Shown here: positions 57,192 to 64,000 of the stretch, piece by piece
Layout: each line of letters opens with the position of its first letter
How positions within the stretch are numbered: the stretch's first letter is position 1
DNA from: Eledone cirrhosa
Lineage: Eukaryota
DNA length: 64,000 nucleotides
Reading direction: 5' to 3'
Assembly (NCBI GenBank): GCA_964016885.1
Contig: OZ024743.1
Coordinates: 18,476,001 to 18,540,000 of the forward strand
Translations under genes and position numbers: made by a program
Notes under the pieces: model-generated
Databases searched by the model: none
What the model saw: the letters and a program-made list of their open reading frames with translations, nothing else
Told to the model about the DNA's origin: nothing

Positions 57192-57341
<150 letters not shown>

Positions 57342-57343
57342 TA

Positions 57344-58613
57344 TAGCTGAGAATTGACTCCCTGATGGCGCAATGAATTCTCGACAGTTAGCTTACGTGA
57401 CTGTCTTTATCCCATTGCAGAAACTAATTAGTTGGAGTGAAAATAAGTAAGTAAGTTAATTTTTTTTTAATTTTTTTTTAAATTTTCTTATTTTACGTCT
57501 TTTATATTATTGTTCTGCATCCTCCTGCATTGAACCACCTAGGTACTATGAAATAACCTGTGTATTTGCTGGCATTAGCGTACATCTGTGCGCTTATGTT
57601 AGTAGATATATTAAATTATCGATATTTATCTCCAAATCACTGATTTGTCGAGCAAACCTGCCAAAACCACTTCTAAATTTTTTTTTTTTGGGGGGGGGGG
57701 GGTGTTAGTAGGCGTCTGTCATCTTACCATCCCATTCCTACTGACTAGCCTCTGTGTCACGTGATTGATTCTTAATAATCGGCCATTTGACTAGAGGCAG
57801 CGAGGATTTCAGTGCATGGAAATTAGTCCACGCTAGCTGTTCCATCTACCGAATTATTATTATTTTTATATGAGTCCCCGGTGTCCGCGCATTGCCTGGA
57901 GACTTAGCTGAGAATTGACTCCCTGATGACGCAATGAATTCTCGACAGTTAGATTACGTACTTGTCTTTATCCCATTGCAGAAACTAATTAGTTGGAGTG
58001 AAAATTTAAGTAAGTAAGTTAATTTTTTTTTTATTTTTTTTTTTTATTTTCTTATTTTACGTCTTTTATATTATTGTTCTGCATCCTCCTGCATTGAACC
58101 ACCTAGGTACTATGACAAAACCTGTGTATTTGCTGGCATTAGCGTACATCTGTGCGCTTATGTTAGTAGATATATTAAATTATCTATATTTATCTCCAAA
58201 TCACTGATTTGTCGAGCAAACCTGCCAAAACCACTTCTAAATTTTTTGGGGGGGTGTTAGTAGGCGTCTGTCATCTTACCATCCCATTCCTACTGACTAG
58301 CCTCTGTGTCACGTGATTGATTCTTTATAATCTGACATTTGACTAGAGGCAGCGAGGATTTCAGTGCATGGAATTCAGTCCCCGCTAGCTGTTCCATCTA
58401 CCAAATTATTATTATTTGTATATGAGTCCCCGGTGTCCGCGCATTGCCTGGAGACTTAGATGAGAATTGACTCCCTGATGACGCAATGAATTCTCGACAG
58501 TTAGATTACGTAACTGTCTTTATCCCATTGCAGAAACTAATTAGTTGGAGTGAAAATTTAAGTAAGTAAGTTAATTTAAAAAAAAAAAAAAATTTTTATT
58601 TTCTTATTTTACG

Positions 58614-58620
<7 letters not shown>
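57344..58620 (+). mobile_element. Tandem array (2.3 copies; periods 561 and 552 bp) of a non-coding hammerhead-bearing unit; putative non-LTR retrozyme
   Basis: Near-identical units differing mainly in homopolymer length. One HHR per unit at 57357-57438, 57918-57999 and 58470-58551. (TA)n on both sides; no ORF. Confidence 0.88.
58470..58551 (+). ncRNA. Type-I hammerhead with branched stem II (best-preserved of three copies)
   Basis: ACUCC-CUGAUGA-cGCAAUG-[aauucuc-GACAGUUA-gauuacg-UAACUGUC-uuuaucc]-CAUUGCa-GAAA-CUAAUUAG-UU-GGAGU. Confidence 0.88.
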
Positions 58621-58644
<24 letters not shown>

Positions 58645-61600
58645 CATCCCGGTTGTTTGCATGATTTCTATTTCATTATACATTGTGTGGAATTAATTTA
58701 TTATTTTCAGATACCTTCGAGAAGCATAATATTCATTAGTGTAGTATACTCCCTTAAAAACGCAGTTGCTCAGTAAACTTCAATTAACCATGCCTCTGAT
58801 TGAAGTCCTGTGTGATGTTAGTGAATCACCGATATTGAATGAAAATATAAATTCCATTATTCGTCACAATGGCTAACGTATACGTTTTACAATATATATG
58901 ACAAATTAATTACGCAGTAAGTTTTAGTAACATCCAGTATTGACTCAGGAACCCCACTAAGCTTAAAGCATCTACTCTCTAAGAGCACATTCGGAGGGAG
59001 TCCCTCTCCTCTCCAAATTATCGGCATAAAGGTGCATCTCAACTTTCACATACATTTTAATGAATCTCCTGGGCAAGGAAGCTCTATCCTATCCACCATC
59101 CACTTAATTTCCAAGTGAAATTAAAAATTGATTAGACTCGTACAATACGCAACATAGATTGCTACAGCCTCCTGGCAGAGAAAAAATATCCTGCTCTTTT
59201 TGACCAAAAGAATTCAGCATGCAGATCTTCACGATGGACGCATACGTTAGCCGGGTCCCTCTTATAAACAAATAAAACTCTTCAACTCTTTAGTGCATGG
59301 ACACAGAAAGAGTGCATTCAGAACGGTTTCGTCATTCTGCAATCATTTCAGACTAGACCGTCTGACAGAACACCTGTACCTGTGGATTTTCTTTCGAACC
59401 GGCACTGTCATGGAAGGTATTTCTGAAAGTTGTGCATAATCCACAACTGGAAAGTTCTCCGGAACTGAAATTCATTTCGATTGCGTAAACGCCCATATCT
59501 TTACGAAGACGGTCATTACACTTGCCCAATAGGATTCTAGAAAAGGATTTCCATTGAATCGGACTGCCCGATTGTGAAGGGCAGTGAGCGCCAGATAACC
59601 TTCCAAATGTCAGGTTCCCAGTGTCGGTGCTCGGTTGACCCATAACTGCAGCGCAGTTACAGAGACGCGCTGTGGAGATATCTATCTTACCAACGGTAAC
59701 CTGACCTGTTCACTCTTTAAGAGTATCTGGAGATTCCATATCCTCCAATTATCTTTCGGTATCATCAGCCATTACTAGGGAGTGTTGATATTTTTCAAAA
59801 TACTACTAATCAGTATTAATAGTAGTGACACCAAAAACCCCAAGAACTTCAACGGATAGATGTTGGGTATGCATGAGAAGGAGCTAGCTGCAGATGGACT
59901 GCCTCACCAATGGAAACTGTCGCTTTCACAAGATGTTGAAGCGCGGCCGTTTCAAGTTGGGGAGGCATGAACATAGGCAAAGACACATCTAATTGCCCCA
60001 TCCCATCTAGTTTCTAACTCACCCTCTTTTCTATTTTTCTATTGCTAGTTGTTTAATAAATATATTGATTCTATTGTAAGCTCTTTCTTCAGCGCAATTC
60101 ACCTTCTGGATTTTACGACACTGAACATCAAGGGTTGCTTAAAAAATTGATAATCATGTCAGCGTAGACACTACGCGCTGAGAACAACACGTTAAGCTTC
60201 CAGTAACCGGTTTCCTGTCTCTGTGTTCTATCGTATGAATCAGTGAACATCCTATGTTATCCTTATATTCTCACCTAATAAAAAAAACAGTATATATATA
60301 TGTATATATACAATCTTTATTATAGGTCTACTTGTTCCCTCTAGGTCGACCATACAATTCACAATTTTGTCGTTTGAATGGGTGACCTTTTTTTAGATAT
60401 GTACTCCCTATGCTATCATTATCTGCCAACCTAATGAAATACCTCTCTATATAGGACATAGATGAACATAAAATTGATCCATGCTCCACAATGGCGCAGT
60501 CTGGAAATATAGTCAGCATCTGTCAGATAGTTGGGTCGTTCTATTATGTTCGTGACTCTTTTGGACGCCCCGTTACAATCGTCTGTTCCAAAACGCTCTC
60601 AACATGCACCACACAAATGCTTCAGTCCCCCACTAAGTGCAAGCCGTTTACAATCATCAACTCTGATAGTGTTCACATACAATCTATCACCCGGATCCCG
60701 GAAGGTCTTCCTTGCCTAAAGATTTAGACCTTTCTTAAACGACGCCGCTCCTCCACCTCCCATTCTAACCCAACTGAAATATGCGTAGATCTCAGTGACA
60801 TCAGAAATTTGCGCTAGCGCGTGCTTATCAGTTGTCGTGGTTGCCCCCTCAACTGTCATACATACATGTAACGCCAAGGGTACGTTGTGTACGAGATCTT
60901 ACTTGTGCAACGACACCAGGCTTCATGTGAGCCCATTGAGAACCCTCTTTATATTAAACTTTATATTAAACTTCAAATTGATGGAAGTTTGAATTATCGC
61001 TTTTTTTTAATTTAGTTAAACAATCGGCAATGGCTTATCGTGCATGATTGCTGTGATTACCGTGATTTCATTCCTCATTTGTTTAAAGATCCTGAAAAAT
61101 GTAGAGTTGTCATAAATTCATTCTAACAATCTATTTTCAAATTTTTAATTAAAATAATTAATACACCCGACGTAAAGACGGTCTGTTTTAATGTTATGCT
61201 GAAAGGTAATCTGTAGTATAATCGATTTCAGTTCACTACTAATCATGTGGAAGTTTGAACATGTTTGAAAAGTGATAAAATGTTTGAAAAGTGTCCTGCT
61301 GATCACTTTCACTCTCATTGTAAATTAGCTACAATGCAAAGAACATTATTGGTATGGCATAGTATTAAGGGTGCATGTGCTCCTAACTCCCACTTGTTAA
61401 TTTATTCCAGTTTTGAGAAGGAAGAAATTCTATAAGATCGACGAAAGAGAATGAATGAAGAAACATTTGGATTATAGAAAATAACATTTTTATGCTATTG
61501 ACTTTTAACTGATGAATTATATGTGGTATGCTCTAAATTAAAGTATCAAACACTTGTTTATATCTGTAAATATTATTTGAACGACCTACTCTGCATGTCT

Positions 61601-62191
61601 TTCTGTATGATACCAGTCAATACCAACAAGTATCTTTTTTATAAAATATTACATTTGATTCAAGCTATCAAATCGACACTTTCATAACAAATTGAATTGT
61701 TATTACCATTGTATGAAATATTGTATTTTTAATAGATTCCACAATTCCATTTATAAAAGTATGATTTTATCTCTCTGGGAAAAAATGTTTGTAATGTTTT
61801 ATCATAAAATCACAGGTAGTTTATCACTTATGTTCCTAGTTTTCTATATGCATTACAAATCTATACCATATTAAGTTAAATGTGTATAATCCAGAAGTAG
61901 CAAATCTAGATACTTTTTATGTAACACACTAAGGCACAGACTACACACACACAAACAAACACGCACACACACATACCACGCGTACACACGAACAGACACA
62001 TCTCCCCGTTATATATATGACGAAGGAAGTGTGGTAAGGAATCAGGTGGGCCATAACGCACCCGAGTACTCGACACTATAGGTTGTAGAGTGGGTAATAG
62101 GAAAAGGTTCAGGACCACGACGGCAGAGCTCAAGTCATTTCACCAGTTATTTCTGGACTCCAGAAATAGCCGTCGGGATCCTGAACCTTTT

Positions 62192-62227
<36 letters not shown>

Positions 62228-62493
62228 ATATTATATATTGTTATACTTTGGGAGGTACATGGTGACAACAAATGTATATATATATAGGAAAAGGTTCAGG
62301 ACCCTGACGGCAGAGCTCAAGCCGTTTCGACGGCTATTTCTGGAGTCCAGAAATAGCAGGCGAAATGGCTTGAGATCTGCCGTCGTGCTGCTGAACCTTT
62401 TCCTATTACCCACTCTACTACCTATAGTATCGAGTACTCTGGTGCGTAAAGGTCCACCCGATTCCTTACCACACTTCCTTCGCTATATATATA

Positions 62494-62601
62494 TACTTTT
62501 AATATTATCATTGATAGTTTGCTTTACTCGAGCATTCAGCGCCCATCTTGGCAACCGCTTAAGGACGTAATTAATTTGCATCTCTAAAACGTGTGAATAT
62601 A

Positions 62602-62673
<72 letters not shown>

Positions 62674-62677
62674 CATA

Positions 62678-62753
<76 letters not shown>

Positions 62754-62866
62754 TATATAAATTTCACAGGTTTTAGAGGTGCAAATTAATTACGTCCTTA
62801 GGCGGTTGCCAAGATGAGCGCTGAATGCTCGAGTAAAGCAAGCTATCAATGATAATATTAAAAGTA
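62494..62866. repeat. Inverted repeat (~105-bp arms) with a (TA)n spacer and a short one-sided tail
   Basis: 62494-62598 is the reverse complement of 62762-62866 with few mismatches. Confidence 0.9.
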
Positions 62867-63387
62867 ACAAAGAATAAGTGTTGCATCATATACATATTTA
62901 ATTACATAATACACCTGTTTCACTACCGATCAGGTCGTGGAACGATCGAATAATGTTTGATCCTTACTCTGGAATCGGAAGCTCGTCCGATATGTGTTCA
63001 CAAGTAGTCTCGCGTACAAGTATAGCTGCTACACACTATGCTAAAGGAATGTGTTATCGTCGTATCCATCCTATTAAATTGTATGCGGTCAAATTCCAGT
63101 GGTGAGGCGACCAAGAACTTTTTCAGCCATTGCCTGGTCAACATGATATTTTATGGTGATCTCCTCCAGTATACATTCATTCGTAACATCCCGTGTGGTG
63201 GGAGTCGGTGATTGTTGTCTTTGAAGTACTAAATAAAGAGTTAAAAAAAAATCTAATATAAGGCATTAGAAAGATAAATAATACACCGAAACAAAAATAA
63301 AGGGATAAAGAAATAAATAGTAGGGACAGAAAGAACACGATAGTGAGATGAAAAGAATAAGAAGGATAAAATAAAATAAAATAAATG

Positions 63388-63470
<83 letters not shown>

Positions 63471-64000
63471 TGCGTGTGTGTGTGTGCACGCACATTTCTA
63501 TTTAATGAAATGTGGGTATTTTTAGGAAGGCGCTACGTCGCAGGTGGAGGTTGATGTACCAAAGAAACGAAATCGGTATGTTTCGTGCACACGAGTACAT
63601 ATGTCATATACATTGTTACATTAATTGGTGAAATATATTTCTTTAATGGAATATATACAGGGAAGATTAATCATATTATAAGGTATCTATTTTGGAAGTT
63701 CTGGTCAACTTTATTTAGTTACCTACCTAGCTATGTGTGGTTACTATGTGTGATTATTCATGTTTATTTATATGTTAATCATTTTCTAGTTATTACATTG
63801 TTACATTAATATATATATTCTAGTCGAAAACTACCACCTTCTGTATATACGACTTTCACTACTCGTACTACAGCTGTTAGAACTAAAGAGCGTCCCTGAA
63901 AGACATCACCGATTTCTACAAGGTTTCACTTCAAGTCTCATCCTTGGTAATAAATGGTGTATCAACAATATTTGGACTAATAAATTACTAAGGTCTTACT

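Noticed and set aside
59353-60000. ORF 59353..59643 and flanks as a decayed LINE ORF1 zinc-knuckle region
   Set aside because: Most expected cysteines are absent; a profile search would be needed.

Overview
This is AT-rich animal DNA dominated by microsatellites, and I can find no host gene. The SINE family and the (TA)n/(CA)n landscape resemble octopod cephalopod genomes (inference). Most short ORFs in the track are microsatellite artefacts. The real content is mobile elements: (1) four RT-bearing Penelope-like elements (PLEs), two Neptune-like and two Hydra-clade-like with YRDD; (2) three GIY-YIG-only PLE 3' fragments; (3) a tail-to-tail CRE-like LINE pair; (4) an R4-like RT scrap; (5) a hAT (hATm-like) transposon with TIRs and an 8-bp TSD; (6) a non-autonomous Helitron; (7) many tRNA-derived SINEs. 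The main hidden signal is RNA structure. I count about 20 type-I hammerhead ribozyme (HHR) motifs from about 10 sequence families, located in PLE pseudo-LTRs, in tiny non-coding fold-back elements inserted in (TA)n, and in a tandem 552-561-bp HHR array (57.3-58.6 kb) that looks like a non-LTR retrozyme able to yield circular RNA. Fold-back points repeatedly coincide with HHR parts. All HHR calls come from pairing stems by eye and are untested.
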